A stretch of 64,000 bases of DNA from NCBI GenBank assembly GCA_947168365.1, contig CAMVLO010000002.1, forward strand, positions 68,770 through 132,769, read 5' to 3'. Under the pieces are notes generated by a model. That model was not told the origin of the DNA and searched no databases. It saw nothing but the letters and a program-made list of their open reading frames with translations. Position 1 is the stretch's first letter, and the number at the start of each line of letters is the position of its first letter. This document shows positions 1 through 8,502 of this stretch, piece after piece. A program made the position numbers and the translations under genes. The stretch comes from an uncultured Bacteroidales bacterium (GTDB taxonomy: Bacteria; Bacteroidota; Bacteroidia; Bacteroidales; UBA3824).

Positions 1-1214
1 TTCCTGACGTTGTTAACAAAGTATATGAAGTCAACAACTTTACATTTGGACCTTCTTACTTTATCCCAAAACCTGTAGATCCGCGTTTGATTACAGAAGT
101 TTCTACAGCAGTAGCCAAAGCCGCAATCGAATCGGGAGTAGCCCGTAAGAAAATAGAGGATTGGGATGCTTACAAATTGCATTTGAAACAGTTGATGGGT
201 TATGAATCAAAACTTTCAGCACAGCTCAACAACATCGCCCGTCAAGATCCGAAGAGAGTGGTATTTGCAGAAGGTATCCACCCGAATATGTTGAAAGCCG
301 CAGTTGAAGCCAAAAACGAAGGTATTTGTCATCCAATTTTGTTGGGAAATACCGAAAAAATTACTGCAATTGCCAAAGAAAACGAACTCAACCTTGACGG
401 TATCGAAATCATCAATCTTCGTGCAGACGGCGAAGCTGCAAGACGTGAAAAATATGCAAAAATCCTTACAGAAAAACGTCAACGCGAGGGCATGACATTC
501 CAAGAAGCCAACGACAAGATGTTCGATCGTAATTATTTTGGTATGATGATGGTAGAAACCGGCGATGCTGATGCCTTTATTACAGGTGTTTATACACGTT
601 ATCGTGATACAATTCAGATTGCAAAAGACGTAATTGGAATCAAGAAAGGTTACAACCATTTTGGAACAATGCACATCATGAATTCCGAAAAAGGTACATT
701 CTTCTTGGCAGATACGCTTATCAATCGTCATCCTGATGTAGATTCACTTGTTGACATCACCAAATTGGCAGCTGATACAGTAAAATTTTTCAACAACGAA
801 CCTGTTATCGCGATGTTGGCATATTCTAACTTTGGAGCTGACGAAGTTGGTACACCGGCTACAGTTCACAAAGCTACTGAGATTATTCATCAGCAGTGTC
901 CGGATTTGTTAGTTGACGGAGAAATGCAAGTAAACTTTGCTATCGATGACGAATTGCGAGACAAAACATTCCCGTTTAACCGTCTCAAAGGCAAAACTGT
1001 TAACACCTTGATATTCCCGAATTTAGGAAGTGCAAATGCAAGTTACAAACTGATGGCAGCCATGAACAACAATATCGAACTTATAGGACCTATCCAAATG
1101 GGTCTTAACAAACCAATTCACTTTATTGATTTTGAAAGTTCAGTAAATGATATTGTTAACATCGTTGCTGTGGCTGTAATTGATGCAATTACCGACAAGA
1201 AGAGAGCAAAATAA
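1..1214 (+). CDS. maeB: NADP-dependent malic enzyme, C-terminal part (5' end lies outside the window)
   Basis: Frame 3 is open from base 3 (PDVVNKVYEVNNFTFGPSYFIPKPVDPRLITEV...), so the listed ATG at 87 is internal. The rest resembles the phosphate-acetyltransferase-like C-terminal domain of MaeB-type malic enzymes. Stop at 1212-1214. Confidence 0.85.
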   Translation, partial: PDVVNKVYEVNNFTFGPSYFIPKPVDPRLITEVSTAVAKAAIESGVARKKIEDWDAYKLHLKQLMGYESKLSAQLNNIARQDPKRVVFAEGIHPNMLKAAVEAKNEGICHPILLGNTEKITAIAKENELNLDGIEIINLRADGEAARREKYAKILTEKRQREGMTFQEANDKMFDRNYFGMMMVETGDADAFITGVYTRYRDTIQIAKDVIGIKKGYNHFGTMHIMNSEKGTFFLADTLINRHPDVDSLVDITKLAADTVKFFNNEPVIAMLAYSNFGADEVGTPATVHKATEIIHQQCPDLLVDGEMQVNFAIDDELRDKTFPFNRLKGKTVNTLIFPNLGSANASYKLMAAMNNNIELIGPIQMGLNKPIHFIDFESSVNDIVNIVAVAVIDAITDKKRAK

Positions 1215-1250
1215 TTCATTTTTTGGACTTTTTTGATATTAATTTAAAGA

Positions 1251-1282
1251 GACTGTCATTTATTTGTGGCAGTCTTTTTTTT
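1251..1282 (+). terminator. Rho-independent terminator after maeB
   Basis: GACTGTCA...TGGCAGTC stem (one G-T pair) followed by a T8 run. Confidence 0.7.
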
Positions 1283-1447
1283 GATTGTATTTGTATTGAT
1301 TTGGGTAATCGTCATGGTTTTAATTAACTTGCCGTTCTGATTTCAGAGTCTAATTTTGTAAAAAAATCACAAATATAGCACATATTGCGGTGCACTTTAC
1401 ACCAAAGATATGAAACGTCTTATTGAGATTCCGAGAGGTAAGGCTGA

Positions 1448-1624
1448 AAAATTAAAAAGCAAATGTGGCGTTGTCCCGAAAACTCGTACCGCGCCGACGG
1501 AGCAAGAGGTCAGTACATTATTGTTTGTCCTGACAAAAACGCTGTGATAGCCGTTACCGCCGATTCGCCCGACCTTCAAGCCGAATTATCAAATATTTAC
1601 AAATATCTGTTCCCGGTATTGTAA
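1448..1624 (+). pseudogene. C-terminal remnant of a serine hydrolase (beta-lactamase-family) gene
   Basis: Short frame ...MWRCPENSYRADGARGQYIIVCPDKNAVIAVTADSPDLQAELSNIYKYLFPVL* resembles the conserved C-terminal GGxGQ-hhhV-P-hhhVhhT block of class C-like serine hydrolases. There is no N-terminal part, and the segment is locally GC-richer than its flanks. Confidence 0.4.
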
Positions 1625-1663
1625 CAAAGGCGATATATCTATAACCCCATACATCACAGCGCG

Positions 1664-2455
1664 TTAGTGCATGATGTGCGGGGTTAAATTGTCAAAAATA
1701 TAACCGCCCTGTTTTATTGCCGTTCTGATTTCAGAGTCTAATTTTTCCAAATCGAAATCAGTATTCCAAAATTCGTCTTCGGACATTTTTTTGTACGTAA
1801 ACAAATAATCAACGCGCAGACGGCTGACAAAATAGAAATAAACACCTTCCCATATTTTTTTGTCGCAATTTATTGTGTCAGAATACGTTTCGCCGTTTAA
1901 AAACAAAGGCAAAGCATCAGCAGTTTTGGCTGAGGACTGATTTGCAACATAATCAGCCATACCTTCCAATTTCCAATTTGGCGCAGTTCTATACTTGAAA
2001 AATCCCAATTTTTCCTGCTGATAAGAGTGTGTCAGTTCATGCGCAACAGTTCCGCTTAATGTGCGCTTGTTAAGAGCCGGACTTACGGCTTGAACTTCGT
2101 CATTGGTGATGTCCGCCTCTTGTATATACATTCTGTCTAAAAATTGAAAATTTTTGCCCCGTACACCGTTACTGAAAGTAATTGATTTTATCTTAAACTC
2201 TGTTGAACTTTTACAGAGATATACGGAATAATTTGAGTTTGGCATGGGGAATCCCTTGTCCGCAAATTTCTTCACAATTTTTTGATACAAATTGGTTAAA
2301 ACAGTGTCGTTGGTTACAACCTCATCGTGGTAATAGATTGTGATGTTGTTAAATTCCGTCTTTGCCATGCCAATCTTGTGGGACATAAAAAAAATCACAA
2401 CCACCAAAATATAACATACAGTTTGTATGAGATGTTTTTTTGTTTTGCGTTTCAT
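1664..2455 (-). CDS. Membrane-anchored HExxH metallopeptidase-like protein (peptidase MA-like)
   Basis: N-terminal TM helix (LIQTVCYILVVVIFFM). Motif AHELTHSYQ followed by WKLEGMADYV (HExxH ... EGxAxY). I prefer the ATG at 2455 over the TTG at 2494. Confidence 0.6.
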   Translation of the reverse strand: MKRKTKKHLIQTVCYILVVVIFFMSHKIGMAKTEFNNITIYYHDEVVTNDTVLTNLYQKIVKKFADKGFPMPNSNYSVYLCKSSTEFKIKSITFSNGVRGKNFQFLDRMYIQEADITNDEVQAVSPALNKRTLSGTVAHELTHSYQQEKLGFFKYRTAPNWKLEGMADYVANQSSAKTADALPLFLNGETYSDTINCDKKIWEGVYFYFVSRLRVDYLFTYKKMSEDEFWNTDFDLEKLDSEIRTAIKQGGYIFDNLTPHIMH

Positions 2456-2483
2456 TGTTATATAATTTTTATTTAATTCTACT

Positions 2484-3311
2484 TTATTCTTCAAACTCCA
2501 TCAAAAACGGTGATACATGAGTGTGGTCGCCCTCTCCGTCAAAATCTATCCTCACAAATGTATCAACATAATCGTAAATCTTGTTGGTTTTGGCTTGTTC
2601 AATAATTTGCTGATAATCCTCTTTCGTGCCGGAAACAACACCCGCCACATCATCTGAAACTTTTACGCGGTCGCCCTTGTCAAAAAATACCGGATAAGGC
2701 ACAAATGCGTTTTCAAAACGTTCTGAATCAAGGTTTTGAACCTCGCGGGTTTGTTCATTATCCAACTCCCAAGCATAAAATGTTGAAAGTTCGCCGTCTT
2801 TGTCAAATTCCATTTCTCCAAGTCGGTTTGGAATATCATCGACAGAATCAAACTCGGTTTGATGTTCAGAATCCATATTCCTTATTCCAAGGGAAGAATG
2901 CGAAACAACGGGTTCAAACTTTGACGATATAATTTGATATTTTTTTATAGTAAAATCATCTTTCATATCAGCAGCATTTTGCAGAGCCGTAGCATATTCT
3001 CTATAAATACCATGAATTGAATTATCAGGATATTGCACTACAAAAACGCATTTTGGATTCGTTTCTTTGAATTTCTCTAACAACAAATTGTCTACTGTAA
3101 TACGCTGATTTATTTGAGTTTTAAGATTTAAATCAGTTGTTGCGGCGGCAATTTGTTTCAATAATGCGATTGTTTTTTCATACGGCAACGACCAATTATA
3201 AATGAGTGCCGCTGTTTCAAAATCACTGAACTTCCAATCTGTCCGCTCAATTTCCGCTTTCATTGCCTTAGAAAAATCCGGCAACGAAAACAATAATTCT
3301 TTATTACTCAT
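2484..3311 (-). CDS. Hypothetical cytoplasmic acidic protein
   Basis: 275-aa ORF with an ATG start, same strand and tightly packed with its neighbours. No motif recognised. Confidence 0.55.
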   Translation of the reverse strand: MSNKELLFSLPDFSKAMKAEIERTDWKFSDFETAALIYNWSLPYEKTIALLKQIAAATTDLNLKTQINQRITVDNLLLEKFKETNPKCVFVVQYPDNSIHGIYREYATALQNAADMKDDFTIKKYQIISSKFEPVVSHSSLGIRNMDSEHQTEFDSVDDIPNRLGEMEFDKDGELSTFYAWELDNEQTREVQNLDSERFENAFVPYPVFFDKGDRVKVSDDVAGVVSGTKEDYQQIIEQAKTNKIYDYVDTFVRIDFDGEGDHTHVSPFLMEFEE

Positions 3312-3319
3312 AATGCATT

Positions 3320-3883
3320 TTAGTCTTTTAACATCAACAATTCCCTATTAAAATCACTGCAATACAAATCGTTATCATCTTTCATCTCAGACCCAAGCAA
3401 ATAAAGAAGTTTTGCAACAGGAAAATCAAAATTGTTCATACTGTCATCCCAACTGCGGGCATAACCCAAAATGCCATATTTTTTTATGGCATTAATTGCC
3501 GCTTTGCAAACCTCTTTTGTAAAATCGTCAAAGTTAAAAACTGTATCCAAAACAAGTTTTGTGTCTTCAAACATAAAACTATTGCCGCCAAAATTTGTTG
3601 CGTCAGAAAAATAATGAATAACTATATGTAAATCATCATTTTTTTTGCACAGACGAACAAGATGACCGTCAGGTTCGTCTTGCCAAACAAACTTACAAGA
3701 TCTATCAGATTCTTCAAAATGGTCGCTATGAAATTTCAAAGCCCAAAGACCATTGATAAGCGAATTTAACGGATTTTCGCCCATATACGTTGATTGAAAA
3801 CGGTAATGTCTGCCATCAAAATCCATTTCAACAACAGCCGCACCGTAATATTCAAAATCAAATTTAAAGTTAATTGCTGCCAT
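3320..3883 (-). CDS. Hypothetical protein
   Basis: 187-aa ORF with an ATG start, 19 nt downstream of the preceding gene on the same strand. No motif recognised. Confidence 0.55.
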   Translation of the reverse strand: MAAINFKFDFEYYGAAVVEMDFDGRHYRFQSTYMGENPLNSLINGLWALKFHSDHFEESDRSCKFVWQDEPDGHLVRLCKKNDDLHIVIHYFSDATNFGGNSFMFEDTKLVLDTVFNFDDFTKEVCKAAINAIKKYGILGYARSWDDSMNNFDFPVAKLLYLLGSEMKDDNDLYCSDFNRELLMLKD

Positions 3884-3902
3884 AATAATTTACAATTTGA
3901 AA

Positions 3903-5531
3903 TCACTCCTCTTCCATCACCCAATCCACAATGTTCTTTTCCGCGCTTGAAAAACTTACGCCGACTTTTATTACTTGACGGTCGTCCATTTTGAAACGTC
4001 CGGCGTAATTTTTTACGTTTATCTGATTGAGAGCCGTTTGAGCGTCTTGGTCAATTTTAAATTCAAAAATATAAACATACTTCTTGTTAATCAAAATGCT
4101 GTCGGCACGGCCTTTTGAAAAATGCGCCTCGCTGATGATATATTCGCCCAAAATGGTGAACAACAAGTAGATAACGTTTTGAAAATCACGTTCAATAAGG
4201 CGGAGGCTCTTGTTTTGGGCGTATGGCAATGCGCTAAACAAGGCTTTCATACGCTCGATTGCGCCCTCAACATCGCCGGTGCGGAAATCTTCCTTGAATT
4301 TTGTGTAATCCAATCCTGACGGATTTTCCATTGTAGTGTAAAACTCCTTGGCAAGCGATTCAAAAAAACTCATTTCTACTTCGTAATCCGGAAATCCGAG
4401 AGTATATGACCTGTATTCTTTGTCATACGATTTGATTGTCAGATAGCCGGTGTAATACAGCAACGGCACGAGGTCTGTCCTAAACTCATCGTCCTTGTAG
4501 TCAATCAGAGCGTCTTTGCCATATTCCAAGTCGCCACGAAGAGTTTTGATGTCAAAATAAGTATTCTTAATCCGTTGCATAAGGATTGTGGGCGTTCCTG
4601 TTTTGTACCAATAATTTTGAAAATCTTTGCCCTGCAACGCAGAAAACAGACTCACGGGATTGAATACTTTGATTCCCCGCTCGTGAAACAAGTAGGAATC
4701 ATACCATTTTTTGAGTTCGGCGAGCATTTCGTCAAACGAAATTTCTTCCTGATTTGCAAAGGCTTGGATTTCGTCTTTGAAATACGACAACAATTCGTCA
4801 TGCGTAATACCGCAGACTGCCGAATAATTCTGTTCCAACGAGATGTCGTATGGCTGGTTTGTACCGCTGAAAATCGAAGTCTTGGCGTATTTTGTAACGC
4901 CCGTCAAGAAAACAAAACGGAAATACCTGTCGGCAGACTTCAACACCGAGAAAAAACCACGGTAAATTTCCTTGTCTGTTTCAAGATTAACGCTCTTAAT
5001 TAGCGGATTGTCATATTCATCCACAATCATCACGGTTTGAAGTCCGGTTTTCTCATATACGGCTTTCAAATCATACTCCAAACGAAACGACAACGAAAAA
5101 CTTTCGACCTTCATCGGTTCGTTTTTTATTTTTTCATCAAGAGCCTCAATCCTCTCCTTGATGGTACTCTCATCGAATTGTATACCGTTTCCGTCCTCGT
5201 ATTCCTGCAAGGTAACCCTAATTTTGTCGATAAGCGTTATTGACCCTACTGTATAGTCGCCGCTCACGAAGTCGAGGTAAATCACGGGATACTTAATCCA
5301 ATCTTTCTCCAAATCATAGATTTTCAAGCCTTCAAAGAGATGCTTCTTGCCTTCAAAATATGCGCGCAAAGTATTACAAAACAGACTTTTTCCAAATCTG
5401 CGCGGACGGGCAAGAAAATAGGTTTTGCCTTTATGTGCAAGATTATAAACATATTCAGTCTTGTCAACATAGACACATTTTTTATTTCTAAGGTCTTCAA
5501 AACTCTGTATGCTAAGCGGATAATTCATCAT
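3903..5531 (-). CDS. AAA-ATPase-like protein with C-terminal PD-(D/E)xK nuclease-like domain (DUF1703-type)
   Basis: N-terminus SFEDLRNKKCVYVDKTEYVYNL...YFLARPRRFGKSLF and C-terminus SEAHFSKGRADSILINKKYVYIFEFKID are the characteristic ends of this Bacteroides-abundant family. Confidence 0.85.
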   Translation of the reverse strand: MMNYPLSIQSFEDLRNKKCVYVDKTEYVYNLAHKGKTYFLARPRRFGKSLFCNTLRAYFEGKKHLFEGLKIYDLEKDWIKYPVIYLDFVSGDYTVGSITLIDKIRVTLQEYEDGNGIQFDESTIKERIEALDEKIKNEPMKVESFSLSFRLEYDLKAVYEKTGLQTVMIVDEYDNPLIKSVNLETDKEIYRGFFSVLKSADRYFRFVFLTGVTKYAKTSIFSGTNQPYDISLEQNYSAVCGITHDELLSYFKDEIQAFANQEEISFDEMLAELKKWYDSYLFHERGIKVFNPVSLFSALQGKDFQNYWYKTGTPTILMQRIKNTYFDIKTLRGDLEYGKDALIDYKDDEFRTDLVPLLYYTGYLTIKSYDKEYRSYTLGFPDYEVEMSFFESLAKEFYTTMENPSGLDYTKFKEDFRTGDVEGAIERMKALFSALPYAQNKSLRLIERDFQNVIYLLFTILGEYIISEAHFSKGRADSILINKKYVYIFEFKIDQDAQTALNQINVKNYAGRFKMDDRQVIKVGVSFSSAEKNIVDWVMEEE

Positions 5532-5608
5532 AATACTTTGCTTTTTTCGGGTTTATTAATGCGCAAAGATAATGTTTTTTGCGGGGAAAGCAAAAAAACT
5601 TACATGGG

Positions 5609-6277
5609 TTAGTTGCTGCGCCGAACTGGACGAACAGACCGTCCGTAGCAACGGTAATTTCCAAGTAGAAATAAGGATTCTGAGTCAGAGCCAAAGCAAG
5701 CATCCCAGGCTAATTCCGGCATGTGGCGCGATGAAGACCAATAGTAACCTTCGGAATCAGTTTTATGGATATTTAAATCGATGCGGAAGCCTGCCGCTGG
5801 AAGAAAAATTTTATTGTTGTTTGGTCCTTTTACCTCAAATCCATTCATACCGTTGCACGTAGTCCATACCCATGAGCACATATCTCTGAGTTCCATCCAC
5901 TGTGATAACGTTGGCATACACCAATCGCTACCCCAACAGACTGTGGCTACATCGTCGGAAGAGTCGAGGTCTTTTGTATTATAGGTAAAGCCTTTATTTG
6001 GGGATTCTTCACCGTATTTGGTAAGCATTTTATAGTCGCCATCTTTGCAATATTTATAGTTGCTCCACGAATACGTGTCTTTGGGTTCTGTTTCACCCCA
6101 TGCATAATAGTTGCCGTAATCTTCTGGATTATCTGCGCCGACATTGCAAGTCGCCCAAAGTGTACCGGAAGGTAATCCGAGGTCAACGTACTCGTGTTTT
6201 TGTTGTGCCGTTACGCTGTCAATATTCACTAATAATAATGTCAACAATAATAGTATAATTGAAGTTTGTCTTTTCAT
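5609..6277 (-). CDS. Secreted protein, FISUMP/DUF1566-like domain
   Basis: Signal peptide (ILLLLTLLLVNIDSVTAQ). Motifs YVDLGLPSGTLWATCNVGA, YYAWGE, WCMPT..W.EL, YYWSSS and GRSVRPVR. Confidence 0.7.
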   Translation of the reverse strand: MKRQTSIILLLLTLLLVNIDSVTAQQKHEYVDLGLPSGTLWATCNVGADNPEDYGNYYAWGETEPKDTYSWSNYKYCKDGDYKMLTKYGEESPNKGFTYNTKDLDSSDDVATVCWGSDWCMPTLSQWMELRDMCSWVWTTCNGMNGFEVKGPNNNKIFLPAAGFRIDLNIHKTDSEGYYWSSSRHMPELAWDACFGSDSESLFLLGNYRCYGRSVRPVRRSN

Positions 6278-6345
6278 GATTGTAATCGTTTAATTTTTCA
6301 AAGTTACAAATTTAGTAAAAAAATATATAAAATATGAGAGAACCA

Positions 6346-6430
6346 TATCTTCCATACAAGATAAAAATACCTAAAAAGTATCTTGTATACAAGATAAAAT
6401 CACCTAAAAAGTATCTTGTATATAAGATAC
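6346..6430. promoter_or_regulatory. Three 18-20 bp dyad-symmetric sites at a 33-bp period (operator-like array)
   Basis: TATCTTccATACAAGATA (6346-6363), perfect palindrome TATCTTGTATACAAGATA (6379-6396) and GTATCTTGTATAtAAGATAC (6411-6430). Centres at 6354.5, 6387.5 and 6420.5. Confidence 0.6.
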
Positions 6431-6436
6431 TTTTTG

Positions 6437-6444
6437 TATATTTG
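6437..6444 (+). promoter_or_regulatory. Bacteroidetes-type -7 promoter box (TAnnTTTG)
   Basis: TATATTTG lies 17 nt upstream of the ATG at 6461 and directly abuts the third dyad. Confidence 0.5.
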
Positions 6445-6460
6445 CAGAAAAATTATTGAT

Positions 6461-7717
6461 ATGGACAAAGAGTTTGTAAGAAATATTATCGTTGAAAATC
6501 AACAACTTATACAGTCAATTGAGTTGATTGAACGTCCTTTTGAGTTTGAGGACAATGGAAACTATGTGTTTGTGGGTGTTCGTCAAGCGGGAAAATCTTA
6601 TATGCTTTATCAAAGGGCAAAACAATTGTTAAAAGCCGGTTACGACATCGACCAAATCGTTTATATCAGTTTCGACGACGAGCGTATCAACGAAATTAAG
6701 TCAAACGAACTTGATATTATTATACAAGCACACAGGCTTTTAACCGACTTGCAGCCTGTGTTGTTTCTCGACGAAATTCAAAATATCGATGGTTGGGAGC
6801 ATTTTGCCCGTCGCCTTGCCAACGAAAAATATACTGTGTATATCACGGGCAGCAATGCCAAAATGCTTAGCCGCGACATTCAAACAACTTTGGGCGGAAG
6901 ATATTGGGACATAGCTGTTTATCCGTTTTCGTTTGCGGAGTTTCTGAAAGCAAAGAATGTTAAATTGGAAAAGAATTGGCAGTTTTCAAAAACTCAAGGA
7001 ACAGTGGCAAGAGTGTTTGAAGAATATTTCTATTTTGGCGGTTTTCCTGAATTGCTAAACATCAAAGCCAAACGGCAATGGTTGACAAATATTTATAACA
7101 AAATATTTTTTAGCGACATCGTGGTTCGCAATTCTGTTAGAAGCGAAGAGGCTCTACGAATCACTGTAAAAAGACTTGCCACGTGTGTAATGCAGCCCAC
7201 ATCTTACAATCGACTTACTAATTTGGTTAAGTCGACCGGCATAAATATCAACGCTACCACTGTTGCCAATTTTATACAATATCTAAAAGATGCGTGTCTG
7301 TTGTTTTCGATAGAAAATTACGCTGATAAATTTGTTGACAAACAGACGACTAAGAAACATTATTTTGTTGACAACGGATTATTGAATCTGTTTTTAGCTA
7401 CCCCCGAAACGGCTCTTTTGGAGAATATTTGTGCAATATTTTTATATAAGAATTTCGGTAGCGGGTTGTATTATTACAACAAAAACATTGAGGTTGATTT
7501 TTTTGTTGCTGACGAAAAAATCGGTGTTCAAGTGTCGTACAGCATTGATGATAGCGAAACAATGGAACGTGAACTCAAAGCGTTGGTAGCTCTCAACAAA
7601 TTTTTCCCTCTAAACCGGGCTTTGGTTATAACCAAAAACACGGAAGAAACCGTTGAATACCAAGGTCTGAAAATTGAGATTATACCTATTTGGAAATTTG
7701 TGTTATTATTCTGCTAA
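6461..7717 (+). CDS. AAA+ ATPase with DUF4143-type C-terminal domain
   Basis: VGVRQAGKSYML P-loop and LFLDEIQ Walker B, with the typical ~400-aa AAA_14/DUF4143 architecture. I prefer the ATG at 6461 (MDKEFV...) over the TTG at 6416, which lies inside the palindrome. Confidence 0.85.
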   Translation: MDKEFVRNIIVENQQLIQSIELIERPFEFEDNGNYVFVGVRQAGKSYMLYQRAKQLLKAGYDIDQIVYISFDDERINEIKSNELDIIIQAHRLLTDLQPVLFLDEIQNIDGWEHFARRLANEKYTVYITGSNAKMLSRDIQTTLGGRYWDIAVYPFSFAEFLKAKNVKLEKNWQFSKTQGTVARVFEEYFYFGGFPELLNIKAKRQWLTNIYNKIFFSDIVVRNSVRSEEALRITVKRLATCVMQPTSYNRLTNLVKSTGININATTVANFIQYLKDACLLFSIENYADKFVDKQTTKKHYFVDNGLLNLFLATPETALLENICAIFLYKNFGSGLYYYNKNIEVDFFVADEKIGVQVSYSIDDSETMERELKALVALNKFFPLNRALVITKNTEETVEYQGLKIEIIPIWKFVLLFC

Positions 7718-7770
7718 ACCTTTCCCTTCTTTCTCCGTCAAACTTCTAAAAAACTAATACAAAACATCAG

Positions 7771-8436
7771 ATGAGAAAAATAATTCTTACTCTCGCGGCG
7801 GCTGCCGCGGTATTTTCGCTAAGCCAGTCTTGCAGCAACGGCGGCGAAAAATGTAAAAATGACACTAATTGTCAGAAAACCGAACAATGCTGTCAAAACG
7901 GTGAAAACCAAGTCGTTAAAGCCATGATGGATCGCCGCAGTATCCGCAAGTACAAAGACACTCCCGTTGAACACGAGAAACTTGAAACAATCGTAAAATG
8001 CGGAATCAACGCTCCAAGCGGTATGAACAAACAGCCGTGGGAAATCCGCGTAGTGGAAAGTCAGGAACTTATCAACCAAGTAAACGAGGTTTACAAAAAC
8101 GCCAACGCTGAAGCCGTTGCCAAAGACCCGGACTTCAAAAATATGTTCCGCAACGCTCCCAACATCATCTGCGTTGCCGCTGAAAACAATGCTGGTCTCG
8201 ACTGCGGACTCCTCGGCGAAAATATGATGCTCGCGGCTCAGTCTTTGGGTCTCGGCACATGCTGTTTGGGTGGTCCCGTGCGTTTTCTCAAAAGCAACGA
8301 CGACGCAAAGTTTTTTATCGACAAACTCGGATTTTCAGAAGGTTACGAATTGATTTACATCCTCGCGGTCGGCTATCCTGATGAAAGTCCGGAGGCAAAA
8401 CCGAGAGACGAAAACAAAGTGAAATTTATCAATTAA
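7771..8436 (+). CDS. Nitroreductase family protein with lipoprotein-type signal
   Basis: LSQSC lipobox. RRSIRKYKDTPV...INAPSGMNKQPWEIRVV is a nitroreductase signature. Confidence 0.85.
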   Translation: MRKIILTLAAAAAVFSLSQSCSNGGEKCKNDTNCQKTEQCCQNGENQVVKAMMDRRSIRKYKDTPVEHEKLETIVKCGINAPSGMNKQPWEIRVVESQELINQVNEVYKNANAEAVAKDPDFKNMFRNAPNIICVAAENNAGLDCGLLGENMMLAAQSLGLGTCCLGGPVRFLKSNDDAKFFIDKLGFSEGYELIYILAVGYPDESPEAKPRDENKVKFIN

Positions 8437-8468
8437 TTTTTTCTCGGAATCAAAAATAGTAAAAAAAA

Positions 8469-8498
8469 ATGTCAGAAGCGGAGGCGAAGTTCTGACAT
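8469..8498. terminator. Bidirectional rho-independent terminator between convergent genes
   Basis: ATGTCAGAA...TTCTGACAT perfect 9-bp stem, flanked by an A9 run on one side and a T7 run on the other. Confidence 0.7.
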
Positions 8499-8502
8499 TT
8501 TT

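Noticed and set aside
216-731. 171-aa minus-strand ORF inside maeB, and similar long antisense ORFs (27488-28171, 28739-29338, 42287-42796, 22454-22921, 26564-26998, 19749-20177).
   Set aside because: Each lies fully antisense to a gene with strong family motifs. Their sequences are Cys/Phe/Ile-rich or low-complexity, as expected for shadow ORFs in AT-rich DNA.
1397-1579. 60-aa minus-strand ORF in the maeB-downstream gap.
   Set aside because: It has no motif. It overlaps the plus-strand hydrolase remnant, which has a recognisable conserved C-terminal block.
5512-5862. Short ORFs (63, 90 and 96 aa) around the 5531/5609 gene junction.
   Set aside because: They overlap the ends of two well-supported genes and have no start context or motifs.
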